Below are positions 1 through 11,668 of a stretch of DNA of 35,016 nt, one piece after another. The notes beneath the pieces are model-generated. The model made no database searches and was not told the origin of the DNA. It worked only from the letters and a program-made list of their open reading frames with translations. This DNA is from Macrostomum lignano (taxonomy: Eukaryota). The DNA lies in assembly GCA_002269645.1 (NCBI GenBank), contig NIVC01004789.1:1-35016 (forward strand), written 5' to 3'. A program made the translations under genes and the position numbers. Each line of letters begins with the position of its first letter. Positions within the stretch are counted from its first letter, which is position 1.

Positions 1-1750
1 AGGAGAGGAGAGGCGAGGAGAGGAGAGGAGAGGAGAGGAGAGGAGAGGATAAGAGAGAGAGGAGAGGAGAGGAGAGGAGAGGAGAGTAGAGGAGAGGAGA
101 GGAGAGAGAGAGAGGAGAGGAGAGGAGAGGGAGGAGAGGAGAGGAGAGGGGAGGAGAGGAGAGGAGAGGAGAGGAGAGAGAGGAGAGGAGAGGAGGGAGA
201 GAGAGGAGAGGAGAGGAGAGTAGAGGAGAGGAGAGGAGAGGAGAGGAGACGAGAGGAGAGGAGAGGAGAGGAGAGAGAGGAGAGGAGAGGAGAGTAGAGG
301 AGAGGAGAGGAGAGGAGAGGAGAGGAGAGGAGATGAGAGGAGAGGAGAGGAGAGGAGGAGAGCGAGAGGAGAGGAGAGGAGAGAGAGGAGAGGAGAGGAG
401 GAGAGGAGAGGAGAGGAGAGGAGAGTAGAGGAGAGGAGAGGAGAGGAGAGGAGAAAGAGGAGAGGATAAGAGAGAGAGGAGAGGCGAGGAGAGGAGAGGA
501 GAGGAAGGAGAGGAGAGGAGAGTAGAGGAGATGAGAGGAGAGGAGAGGAGAGGAGAGGAGGATGAGAGGAGAGGAGAGGAGAGGAGGAGGTAGAGGAGAG
601 GAGAGGAGAGGAGAGGAGAGGAGGAGAGGAGAGGAGAGGAGAGGAGAGGAGAGGATAAGAGAGGAGAGAGGAGAGGAGAGGAGAGGAGAGGAGAGGAGAG
701 GAGAGGAGGAGAGGAGAGGAAGAGAGGAGAGGAGAGGAGAGGAGAGGAGAGGAGAGGAGGAGAGGAGAGGAGAGGAGAGGAGAGGAGAGGAGAGGAGGAG
801 AGGAGAGGAGAGGAGAGGAGAGGAGAGGATAGAGAGAGAGAGAAGGAGAGGAGAGGAGAGGAGAGGAGAGGATAAGAGAGAGAGGAGAGGCGAGGAGAGG
901 AGAGGAGAGGAAAGGAGAGGAGAGGAGAGGAGAGGAGATGAGAGGAGAGGAGAGGAGAGGATAAGAGAGAGAGGAGAGGAGAGGAGAGGAGAGGAGAGAG
1001 TTGAGGGAAAAGAGGAGAGGAGAGGAGAGGAGAGGAGAGGAGAGGGAGGATAAGAGAGAGAGGAGAGGAGAGGAGAGGAGAGGAGAGGAGAGGAGAGGAG
1101 AGGAGAGGGAGGAGAGGAGAGAGAGGAGAGGAGAGGATAAGAGAGAGAGGAGAGGAGAGGAGAGGAGAGGAGAGTTGAGGAGAAAAGAGGAGAGGAGAGG
1201 AGAGGAGAGGAGAGGAGAGGAGAGGAGAGTTGAGGAGAAAAGAGGAGAGGAGAGGATAAGAGAGAGAGGAGAGGAGAGGAGAGGAGAGGAGGAGGGAGAG
1301 GCGAGGAGAGGAGAGGATAAGAGAGAGAGGAGAGGAGAGGAGAGAGAGGAGAGGAGAGGAGAGGCGAGGCGAGGAGAGGAGAGGAGAGGAGAGGATAAGA
1401 GAGAGAGGAGAGGAGAGGAGAGGAGAGGAGAGGCGAGGAGAGGAGAGGAGAGGAGAGGAGAGGATAAGAGAGAGAGGAGAGGAGAGGAGAGGAGAGGAGA
1501 GGAGAGAGAGGAGAGGATAAGAGAGAGAGGAGAGGAGAGGAGAGGAGAGGAGAGGAGAGGAGAGGAGAGGAGAGGAGAGGAGATGAGAAAAGAAGAAGGA
1601 GAGGAGATGAGAAAGAGAAGAGAAATAAAAGAGAGGAGAGGAGATGAGTAAAGAGAAGAGAAATAAAAGAGAGGAGAGGAGATGAGTAAAGAGAAGAGAA
1701 ATAAAAGAGAGGAGAGGAGATGAGTAAAGAGAGAGAAATAAAAGAGAGGA
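1..1750. repeat. GA-rich (GAGAG)n-type polypurine simple repeat
   Basis: Almost pure A/G sequence with a degenerate GAGAG period. The last ~150 bp turn into a few copies of a longer gagatgagtaaagagaagagaaataaaagagaggagag unit. Confidence 0.97.
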
Positions 1751-2032
1751 GATTGGAGAGCAGGGAGCTGAGAAGCGACAGTCCTTGAGCGGGCCGGATG
1801 GCTATTGTGAAGTTTCAAAGACCCGAGGGCCGGTGGAGAGGCTTCGAAGGCCGGAGTTTGCAGTGTGCAGTGCGGTCGCGCACAGACAGTTAAGCATGGA
1901 ACTTCAAGCGGTTAAGATCAGTTGACAACGAGTTCAGCCCTCAGAAACCCGATTCATCGCGAGTTCGACTCTCACTGTTGGACGCACCTGTAGAATTTCG
2001 CACCTGAGCTCAAATTCCTCTCCAATTCGCAG

Positions 2033-3137
2033 TGCCAGCCGCCAAGATCGCAAGCTCGGCCCCCAGCAACCCGAGCCACGAGCCGCTGCGCGCAGCATCC
2101 GCGCCGCCCTGGACCCCAGCCGCACCGAGGCCCTCGAGGAGGCCGCCGAGGCCGCCATCGCCGAGTCCGGCGGCAGCCGGCAGGTCGAGAAGCTGCTGGC
2201 GCTGAGCTACTCGGAGTTCGGCTCGATGGCTAAGTAAAATCTTTTTTTTCATTAAAATTCGATTTGAGCCGTAACAGCCTACTGATAGACTGAGACTGCC
2301 AGTAGTACGAATGTACAGCGCTTCCAAAGGGCGCACAATAGCTGTGGCTGAGCTGTCGGTTGCACATCTGGCCGATTGGGGATGGTGTAATCAATTTTTA
2401 ATAAACCATGACCATAATCCCTGACCCGAACCATAACCTAAACCTTTAATACCAGCCCTGACCGCCCCAGCCCTGACTGCCCCAGCCCTGACCGCCCAGC
2501 CTTGACTGCCCCAGCCCTGACTGCCCAGCCCTGACCGCCCAGCCCTGACCGCCTCAGCCCTGACTGCCCCAGCCCTGACCGCCCAGCCCTGACCGCCCCA
2601 GCCCTGACTGCCCTAGCCCTGACCGCCCCAGCCCTGACCGCCGATTCCCAGAGTGCAGCCGTTCAACCGCCTGCTGGCCAACAACACGGACAATTTTGTC
2701 CCACTGGTGCTCAGCCTGCTGGGAGCCGACTCCAGACACCTCGCCGATTTCCGAGAGCTGGCCTTCCCGGAGCTGGCTAACGGCACCGGGCCGGAGGGCT
2801 GGCGGCTGCACAAGTTGGCGCACTGGCCGAAGGATGGGCGCAGCTCCGGCACGAAGCTGTCCTGCCTGCTGGTGGCGCCGGCCGGCCGGCCAGCTACGAC
2901 CTGGTGCTGGTCATCTCCGCCACGGCGCCAGTGCAGATCGGCGACCGCGACCTGCTGTTGGCCGAGACCAAGCTGGCCGAGCAGCTGGGCTGGCCGGACA
3001 GGCGGGAGTCGCGCCTGGCCAGAGTCGGACACGAGGCCGGCCTGTCCGAGTCCGATCTGGACGGTCTGATGGCCTTCGCCGAGCTGAACTGCCTGCGCAA
3101 ACTCGGCGCTTATTTTGAAGTCGCGCTGGACAGTTGA
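2033..3137 (+). CDS. 3' part of a gene of unknown function (exons ~2033-2233 and 2652-3137), one apparent frameshift near 2885
   Basis: Acceptor ttcgcag at 2032, donor AA|gtaaaa at 2234 and acceptor ttcccag at 2651 join in phase (SEFGSMA-K-VQPFNRLL). GC3-rich codons. The reading frame shifts from ORF 2653 (..LLVAPAG) to ORF 2904 (YDLVLVISA..VALDS*). Confidence 0.6.
2455..2640 (+). repeat. 14-15 bp minisatellite (ccctgaccgccccag)n at the 3' end of an intron
   Basis: About 12 copies read directly, ending ~10 nt before the acceptor at 2651. Confidence 0.9.
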
Positions 3138-3148
3138 GAATGCGAGCG

Positions 3149-3562
3149 GCTGCCTACTTGCAGTAGTACCGGCTAATTTCCCGATATTTGCGTTGCTTTA
3201 ATTGAACTTCAGCTGCCTACTTGCAGTAGTACCAGCTAATTTCCCGATATTTGCGTTGCTTTAATTGAACTTCGGCTGCTTACTTGCAGTAGTACCGGCT
3301 AATTTCCCGATATTTGCGTTGCTTTAATTGAACTTCGGCTGCTTACTTGCAGTAGTACCGGCTAATTTCCCGATATTTGCGTTGCTTTAATTGAACTTCG
3401 GCTGCTTACTTGCAGTAGTACCGGCTAATTTCCCGATATTTGCGTTGATTTAATTGAACTTCGGCTGCCTACTTGCAGTAGTAACGGCTAATTTCCCGAT
3501 ATTTGCGTTGATTTAATTGAACTTCGGCTGCCTACTTGCAGTAGTAACGGCTAATTTCCCGA
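3149..3562 (+). repeat. 63 bp tandem repeat, ~6.5 copies
   Basis: Unit gctgcctacttgcagtagtaccggctaatttcccgatatttgcgttgctttaattgaacttc(a/g) starts at 3149, 3212 and onward; it begins 11 nt after a stop codon. Confidence 0.95.
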
Positions 3563-3866
3563 TTTGATTTTCGATTCTCTGCAAGGGCCAGCCCCCAAGA
3601 CATAGTGGCTCGTATGTGCTGAGTCAGCTGAATGGGGAGGATCGCCTCACGGCTGGTTGTGAGACGGGGGCGGGGGGGCAGCTGAGTGCTCCATGGGTTG
3701 CTGAAAGGCGAATGGGGACTAGAGGTGAGAAGCTGCTGGGCCGCAACCCCAGACCCAAAAGACAAACAAAAAGAATAGCAACCGGGTGGTGGCTTAGGCC
3801 CTAGCAACGAGTAGCTCCCCGGCTTGGAAAAACCAGAGGTCGAGCCAAAGGTCCATCAGCGCGGTG

Positions 3867-4836
3867 CTACACTGGGGCCTTGAGAGAGAATGTCTCTGGA
3901 AGCTGTCTTCGGAGCCTGTGGACAACTGCATGCCCAAATGCGGCCGGAGTCACTGGATGGTCCAGCAGCCGTAGGGTGTGGCTTGAACTCCAGCTGGAGC
4001 ATGTACCCTGAGCTGGAGCATGTACCCTGAGCTGGAGCATGTACCCTGAGCTGGAGCATGTACCCTGAGCTGGAGCATGTACCCTGAGCTGGAGCATGTA
4101 CCCTGAGCTGAAGCATGTACCCTGAGCTGGAGCATGTACCCTGAGCTGGAGCATGTACCCTGAGCTGGAGCATGTACCCTGAGCTGGAGCATGTACCCTG
4201 AGCTGGAGCATGTACCCTGAGCTGGAGCATGTACCCTGAGCTGAAGCATGTACCCTGAGCTGGAGCATGTACCCTGAGCTGGAGCATGTACCCTGAGCTG
4301 GAGCATATACCCTGAGCTGGAGCATGTACCCTGAGCTGGAGCATGTACCCTGAGCTGGAGCATGTACCCTGAGCTGGAGCATGTACCCTGAGCTGGAGCA
4401 TGTACCCTGAGCTGGAGCATGTACCCTGAGCTGGAGCATGTACCCTGAGCTGGAGCATGTACCCTGAGCTGGAGCATGTACCCTGAGCTGGAGCATGTAC
4501 CCTGAGCTGGAGCATGTACCCTGAGCTGGAGCATGTACCCTGAGCTGGAGCATGTACCCTGAGCTGGAGCATGTACCCTGAGCTGGAGCATGTACCCTGA
4601 GCTGGAGCATCGGGGGGCTGAAGGGTGAAGCATCGCAGACCAGAGCCTGAAGGCCAAGTCTGTCTCGTAATTCTCAAGCAAGCTGCCGCATCAACGCGAG
4701 CGTGCACAATGCGCTCTCTTCTGGCTGTTGCGAGGGCCAATCGCACAGCGAAACCCCATGACCAGCGGTCAGGCCAAAACGCGACAGATTCCGAAAGACA
4801 CGCAACAGAACCGGGGTTCCAGAAGTTTGCATTAAG
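3867..4836 (-). CDS. Candidate coding segment of unknown function interrupted by the 19 bp array
   Basis: Protein-like open stretches on both sides of the array (MQTSGTPVLLRVFRNL..ALMRQL / LENYETDLAFRLWSAMLHPSAPRCSS, and WSSSHTLRLLDHPV..LKAPV*). Needs one frameshift near 4680 plus removal of the array. No family recognised. Confidence 0.3.
3994..4610. repeat. 19 bp minisatellite (ctggagcatgtaccctgag), 32 copies plus 9 nt
   Basis: Near-perfect 19 bp period (608 bp = 32 x 19). This explains the three overlapping minus-strand ORFs with a 19-aa repeat. Confidence 0.97.
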
Positions 4837-5414
4837 GTCGCCTACCTGAAGCAAACCAACTGCAGAGCTTGTTAAATGTGCTGACCTTTGCGAATATAAA
4901 ATTGCATTGTCCCAGCCAAAGCAGGCGTGACCTAAAATTAGACTCAGAAGCTGCTCATTCGTAAATAAAAACTCTATGGTAAAAAGTTACTCAAAACAAA
5001 GAATAGTTAAACAGAGGTTCTGCTCGATGAAGCTTTATTATTATTTTTATTTCACTGCGAAGTCTCCTCGCGGACGCGACCGACCAGGATGCCCCGCCAG
5101 CCGCAGCCACCCAGTAGCCGGATGGACATCCGCTTCTTCACCGGCCGATCGGACTCTGTCGACGCGCAGTCGCCAAAGAATTTCTCTTCCTCAAGCGTCG
5201 TCATTCCGTGCAGCGAAGAGGCTCCGGAATCGACGCCAAGGCGGAGCGCCTCGCCGCCGGAGCGGCAGCCGCAGCCATCGCTGACGCAGTCGCAGTCGCA
5301 GCCGCCCCCGCTCTTTTTCCAGAGCCACCGAGAGCGAGCGACGCTGGCGACGCTGAGCCCCCGGCGACAGCGCCGGCAGCTCCGTCGGGAGCGCCGCTGG
5401 AGCAGCGAATCCAG

Positions 5415-7707
5415 ATGCCGGACCCGGCGCCGCATCGGAGTGCGCAACCGGCGCCGAACCTGCTGCCTGCGGAGCGGCGTTGGAGCGCCTTCGATGCCGA
5501 CGGCTCGGCCACTGACCGGCGGAGAAAGCGTTCGAAGCAGCGGAAAGAGAAGCCGTCTGTGTCCAAGACGATTTCGAACGAGCCGCAGGAGGCCCACCAG
5601 CCGGTTAAGAAGTCAAAGAAGCCAAAAGCGAACTCACCACCGCCCAGGCAGTTGACTGAGCCAGCTGACGGACTTCAGAAGCAGACGGATTCGACAGGCG
5701 ATCAGCTCTCAACCTCGGAGAACCGGCCGGACAGACGGCAGAAGTGCCGCAGCGGTGGCGGCAGGCAGAGCGGCTGCTTGCAGCAGCGGCACAGGAAAGA
5801 CTCGTCGACTGAGCAGCCCACAGACGATGAGGCGACTCGTCCTGCAATGGAAAACCAGCAGACAGGGCAGCGGCCAGTGCAGCAGCGACCAAAGAAAGTT
5901 TGGCGGCTTCCTCGGTTTCCTGAGGACGTAGTGCACCCGCAGCTGCAGGCGCAGGATGAGGACCAAATGCTGTTCCAACAGTTGAGCAGTGTGCTACATC
6001 ATCAGAGGGACCAGCTGATTAGCACACTTCCTGCTCCGACTGAGGATCGACAGGAAAAAATTGCGCGACATCATAAAAAGACGGCCGCTAAACTTCAGCA
6101 AGAGGATTCGCTGGATCGCGCGCTGCATCACAAGGAGAAATCTGTAGTGCCTCGTATTGGCCGTTCCAATGCATCAGAGCAAAGTCGTGTCATCCGCCCA
6201 CGCGATCAAGTCCACTCTGTGCAAGATGAAGGGATTGCGGTGCGACCACGGGATCATGTCCACTCTGTGCAAGATGAAGGGATTGTGGTGCGACCACGGG
6301 ATCATGTCCACTCTGTGCAAGATGAAGGGATTGTGGTGCGACCACGGGATCATGTCCACTCTGTGCAAGATGAAGGGATTGTGGTGCGACCACGGGATCA
6401 TGTCCACTCTGTGCAACATGAAGGGATTGTGGTGCGACCACGGGATCATGTTCACTCTGGCAATGTGGTGCGGTCACGGGATCATGTCCACTCTGTGCAA
6501 GATGAAGGGATTGTGGTGCGACCACGGGATCATGTCCACTCTGTGCAACATGAAGGGATTGTGGTGCGACCACGGGATCATGTTCACTCTGGCAATGTGG
6601 TGCGGTCACGGGATCATGTCCACTCTGTGCAAGATGAAGGCATTGTGGTGCGGCCACGGGATCATGTTCACTCTGGCAATGTGGTGCGGTCACGGGATCA
6701 TGTCCACTCTGTGCAAGATGAAGGCATTGTGGTGCGGCCACGGGATCATGTTCACTCTGGCAATGTGGTGCGGTCACGGGATCATGTCCACTCTGTGCAA
6801 GATGAAGGGATTGTGGTGCGGTCACGGGATCATGTCCACTCTCTGCAAGATAAAGGTATTGTGGTGCGGCCCAGACAGCACGGACCGTCAGAGCTGCAGC
6901 CAAGAGATCTCCCCGTCTTCTTCCTACCAGAGCAAAGTTCGCTTGAAGCAAATTCAATAAGGCGCTCGAATCGCACTGTGGACCATCAGCGCCATGCTCA
7001 GCTGGAACCGTGGCGCGTCAATCATCAGAACAATCGGTTGAAACGCGAGCAGCTGAGTCCGAGTCACCGACGGCATCGGACATCCGCCACTCAGTTGGAC
7101 CATCGAGAGCAGCCAGTTAACATGGGCAGTGGCGAACAGGAGCAGGCATTGCATCAGCCGCCAGATGATTCGTGGCCTGACAAAGATCTGAATCAGGACA
7201 AATGTCAACCAGATAATGTGCATCGTCAGTTAGATCATGTAATATATTCCCAACATCGTGTGCAGCGTCAACATGACCATCAAGACGACGCGCAACATTA
7301 CCAAAATCGTACACAGCGCCCACAAGATCACGTAGGTTGCCAACAAGATCATGTCCAGAGCCACGATGGTCATGTGCAGCATCAGCTAAACTATGTGCAA
7401 TGTCAGCCAAATCATGTGCCGCAGGAATTGCGACGCGACAGAAATCTTTCACAGAAGCGCCGGGAACAGTTCTCATGCCACCGAGATCTTCTGGTCCACT
7501 GCGCAAGCCACGAGACAGTTCAAGAAGTTCAAGAACACATTGAAATGCACCAGTGGAAAGATTCAAAGGACGAACCCGCTTACAGTGGGGCCCCAGATCA
7601 AGAGGCAATTGTCGGGAATGGTGTGGACTGCACGCCTCGACAGCCAGTTCCGCTGGCTCGTCAAAGGAACCAGCGGCAACCATGCTTGCACCTTCATGCT
7701 CAGCAGG

Positions 7708-7741
<34 letters not shown>

Positions 7742-8717
7742 GCAGCATCAGCAGCGTTTATTGGACCACAAACAACAACAACCACAACAGCAACAGCAGC
7801 ATCAGCAGCATTTATTGGACCACAAACAACAACAACAACCACAACAGCAACAGCAGCATCAGCAGCGTTTATTGGACCACAAACAGCAACAACAACCACA
7901 ACAGCAACAGCAGCATCAGCAGCATTTATTGGACCACAAAAAACAACAACCACAACAGCAACAGCAGCATCAGCAGCGTTTATTGGACCACAAACAACAA
8001 CAACCACAACAGCAGCCGCAGCATCAGCAGCGTTTATTGGACCACAAACAACAACAACAACCACAACAGCAACAGCAGCATCAGCAGCGTTTATTGGACC
8101 ACAAACAACAACAACCACAACAGCAACAGCAGCATCAGCAGCGTTTATTGGACCACAAACAACAACAACCACAACAGCAACAGCAGCATCAGCAGCGTTT
8201 ATTGGACCACAAACAACAACAACCACAACAGCAACAGCAGCATCAGCAGCGTTTATTGGACCACAAACAACAACAACAACCACAACAGCAACAGCAGCAT
8301 CAGCAGCGTTTATTGGACCACAAACAACAACAACCACAACAGCAACAGCAGCGGGTATGGCAGCACGGAGACAGCGAGCCAGGGAATTTACCGGCTGATA
8401 ATCATGGAAAATCCCAGATCGAGGATGCTGGCGAGACTTTGTCCGGCTCAGAGATGCCCAGCGTCACCGACAGCGAGCAGAAATCTTCCAGCACGCAGCA
8501 GCAGCTGCAGCAGCTGCGGAGACTTCAAGCGCACCGTCTGAGGCGCGCCTCCAGCAGCAGCAAAACTCAAATCGGTCAATCGGGCGTCAAGGATGTCCTG
8601 GTGGCAAGCAGTCAGCCGGACAACGCGGATGGTCGGGAGCTGCCAGTCCTGCGGGTTGTTGTGGCCGATAGTCAGGAGTTCTCGGAGCCGATCGTGGCGC
8701 GCCTCCTGTTCGACTAG
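5415..8717 (+). CDS. Large single-exon, low-complexity His/Gln/Arg-rich repeat protein (first in-frame ATG 5415; may start at 5089/5122 through a frameshift near 5320)
   Basis: A 3.5 kb stop-free frame (5208-8717) extends through long non-repetitive stretches. All internal repeat units are multiples of 3 (36, 48, 51, 54 nt), unlike most non-coding arrays here. AATAAA near 9152. Confidence 0.7.
6234..6870 (+). repeat. Coding tandem repeat of 48 and 36 nt units (RPRDHVHSVQDEGIVV / RSRDHVHSGNVV)
   Basis: Read directly in DNA and in the ORF translation. Confidence 0.95.
7712..8350 (+). repeat. Coding polyQ tract followed by ~12 copies of a 51-54 nt unit (QQQQHQQRLLDHKQQQP)
   Basis: Read directly in DNA and translation; unit length varies only by whole codons. 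Confidence 0.95.
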
Positions 8718-9447
8718 GGCTGCGGCGCCGCCCTGACAACGGCGCAATGCGAACTTCTGTCCTGTCAGCGTTTTCCAGAACATTTTTTATCACAAAGCAA
8801 CTTGTACTTTGCAACTGTATCCAAGTTTTTTGCTTTCTTCGACAGCGAAGTTTTTTACATTACGGTTTCTTGGAATAAGAAAGTAACTAAACCAAGCGCT
8901 TGGCTCTTTTTTACTAAGAAAAGCTTCAACTTCCAGAACTTCAGCTAAAATTCAGTACAGAATATGTACGTATTACACTACTATCAGTAGCTTACATTAG
9001 TAGACAGAGGGAATTAATTACAATATGTAAGTAACTGGCACCCTAACGAGCCCTCAAGATCCTTCGAAACTGGAACAGACAGGAGTCAAAAGTCATCGTG
9101 AAAGCGTCCAGCGCTCCCGTGGGACGTGAGAATTCAATGAAGTCTCGGCGCAATAAAAACCGACCGCATGCGAAACAGCTACTTACAGTAGGAATCTAAG
9201 CAATCCAACCGCAGATCAATGTAAAACAGTGAAATGAAGAGCTTTGAAAAGAACATTTTAATCTAGGAATTGCAAAGGACAACAGAATGTTTGTTTGGTT
9301 TTCTGAGAAAAAGGATTTGGTCATATTGCAAGCAGTTAGGCTAGATTAGCAATCCAATCGAATGATCGGTATGCACTGAGTTTGCAGCCAGACTAGAAGC
9401 CTCCAGCCGCAAGTCTCAAACATCGGCGGCATCAGCCAAATTTCTAA

Positions 9448-9515
9448 GGCCATCCGACTTGATTGGAATTTGCGTCAAAGAGCTGGAAGGTCGCAGGTTC
9501 GATCTCGAGTGGCGT
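9448..9515 (+). mobile_element. Possible degenerate tRNA-derived SINE head
   Basis: B-box-like aaggtcgcaGGTTCGATCtc at ~9496-9506 with a weak A-box-like gacttgattgg upstream. The T-stem does not pair, so it is not an intact tRNA. Confidence 0.25.
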
Positions 9516-10089
9516 CGGCTTCTGCAAGAATGGGTTGAAGATTGAGAGGGTTTTATATTGATAAAATTCTGTTAGCAGACTATTTTCATGCTGCAAATTA
9601 TGGTTTAAATGATTGGTAGACTTTGTGACTGCGTGCTGAGGTGAAAAAAGGAAAACTGCACTCAATGACCTCAGCCAGTGTTCAAATTTTTTAATTTATG
9701 AATGCAAAAGTGACTTGTGAGCTGGGAAATTTGCCCATTCAGTGCAAAACGGCTAAAAAGGGCACCCGATGAAGAACTCAGTTCGGGCGGCGATGCAGCG
9801 GGCAGCTTCCGTGCAGCAGGCAGGAGCTGCTGAACCGCCGGAGTCTCCGCTGCTGCCGCTGCTGCGGCTCGTCGGTTGAATTCAGCAGAATCTGCGCTGC
9901 ATCCGGGCTTCGTGAGACTGACTGAGCTCCGACTGTGGCCGATGCGTCACTTTCGGCTGCGAGTCTGAGGTGGGGAGAACTCCTGGTCCTGAGTCTTTTT
10001 TGAGTCACTTATTGCTTGAGAAACTTCCATTCATCTTGGCACGGTTTTGATTATGAGCACACTGCTTTTGGAGTAGCACTTTCTAAGGT

Positions 10090-11545
10090 TAGCATCAAGC
10101 AGTCTTTACCCTCCGTATCAGTCTTTATCCTCCGTATCAGTCTTTACCCTCCGTATCAGTCTTTACCCTCCGTATCAGTCTTTATCCTCCGTATCAGTCT
10201 TTACCCTCCGTATCAGTCTTTATCCTCCGTATCAGTCTTTACCCTCCGTATCAGTCTTTATCCTCCGTATCAGTCTTTACCCTCCGTATCAGTCTTTATC
10301 CTCCGTATCAGTCTTTACCCTCCGTATCAGTCTTTACGCTCCGTATCAGTCTTTACCCTCCGTATCAGACAGTCTTTACCCTCCGTATCAGACAGTCTTT
10401 ACCCTCCGTATCAGTCTTTACCCTCCGTATCAGTCTTTATCCTCCGTATCAGTCTTTACCCTCCGTATCAGTCTTTATCCTCCGTATCAGTCTTTACCCT
10501 CCGTATCAGTCTTTATCCTCCGTATCAGTCTTTACCCTCCGTATCAGTCTTTACGCTCCGTATCAGTCTTTACCCTCCGTATCAGACAGTCTTTACCCTC
10601 CGTATCAGACAGTCTTTACCCTCCGTATCAGTATTTACCCTCCGTATCAGTCTTTATCCTCCGTATCAGTCTTTACCCTCCGTATCAGTCTTTACGCTCC
10701 GTATCAGTCTTTACCCTCCGTATCAGACAGTCTTTACCCTCCGTATCAGACAGTCTTTACCCTCCGTATCAGACAGTCTTTACCCTCCGTATCAGACAGT
10801 CTTTACCCTCCGTATCAGTCTTTACCCTCCGTATCAGTCTTTACCCTCCGTATCAGACAGTCTTTACCCTCCGTATCAGACAGTCTTTACCCTCCGTATC
10901 AGACAGTCTTTACCCTCCGTATCAGACAGTCTTTACCCTCCGTATCAGTCTTTACCCTCCGTATCAGTCTTTACCCTCCGTATCAGACAGTCTTTACCCT
11001 CCGTATCAGACAGTCTTTACCCTCCGTATCAGACAGTCTTTACCCTCCGTATCAGACAGTCTTTACCCTCCGTATCAGACAGTCTTTACCCTCCGTATCA
11101 GACAGTCTTTACCCTCCGTATCAGACAGTCTTTACCCTCCGTATCAGACAGTCTTTACCCTCCACATCAGACAGTCTTTACCCTCCGTATCAGACAGTCT
11201 TTACCCTCCACATCAGACAGTCTTTACCCTCCGTATCAGACAGTTTTTACCCTCCGTATCAGACAGTCTTTACCCTCCACATCAGACAGTCTTTACCCTC
11301 CGTATCAGACAGTCTTTACCCTCCGTATCAGACAGTCTTTACCCTCCACATCAGACAGTTTTTACCCTCCACATCAGACAGTCTTTACCCTCCACATCAG
11401 ACAGTCTTTACCCTCCGTATCAGACAGCCTTTACCCTCCGTATCAATCTTTACCCTCCGTATCAGTCTTTACCCTCCGGATCAGTTTTTACCCTCCACAT
11501 CAAGCAGTCTTTACCCTCCACATCAAGCAACCTTCACCCTCCGCA
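10090..11545. repeat. 19/23 bp minisatellite (tcag[acag]tctttaccctccgta)n, ~1.45 kb
   Basis: Direct reading; 19 bp units and a 23 bp variant with a 4 nt insertion. Confidence 0.97.
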
Positions 11546-11668
11546 TCAAGCCTTCAAACCACGGAGGTCTTTAAACTTCACGACAAGGCATTTATCCTCA
11601 ACGTAATAAAATCTCATAAGTCCTCAGCCTCATTTACGAGTAAAACTTGATCATTTCCCCCCAAAGTT

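Noticed and set aside
562-1651. Long Glu/Arg/Gly ORFs
   Set aside because: Translations of a GA-only simple repeat that cannot form stop codons.
2405-2460. Telomere-like CCCTAA-type sequence
   Set aside because: Only a few degenerate hexamers, with no true TTAGGG run.
4828-4845. VGDLNA peptide resembling the GDFNA motif of LINE APE endonucleases
   Set aside because: No other endonuclease or reverse transcriptase motifs nearby; a different frame looks more protein-like.
7117-8541. Overlapping ORFs on the opposite strand and in the other frames of the Gln-rich region
   Set aside because: By-products of CAG/CAA codon repeats; only the 5208-8717 frame stays open across the unique flanks.
10016-11650. 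544 aa ORF over the 19/23 bp array
   Set aside because: Mixed non-triplet unit lengths, no unique coding flanks; the frame is open only because of unit composition.
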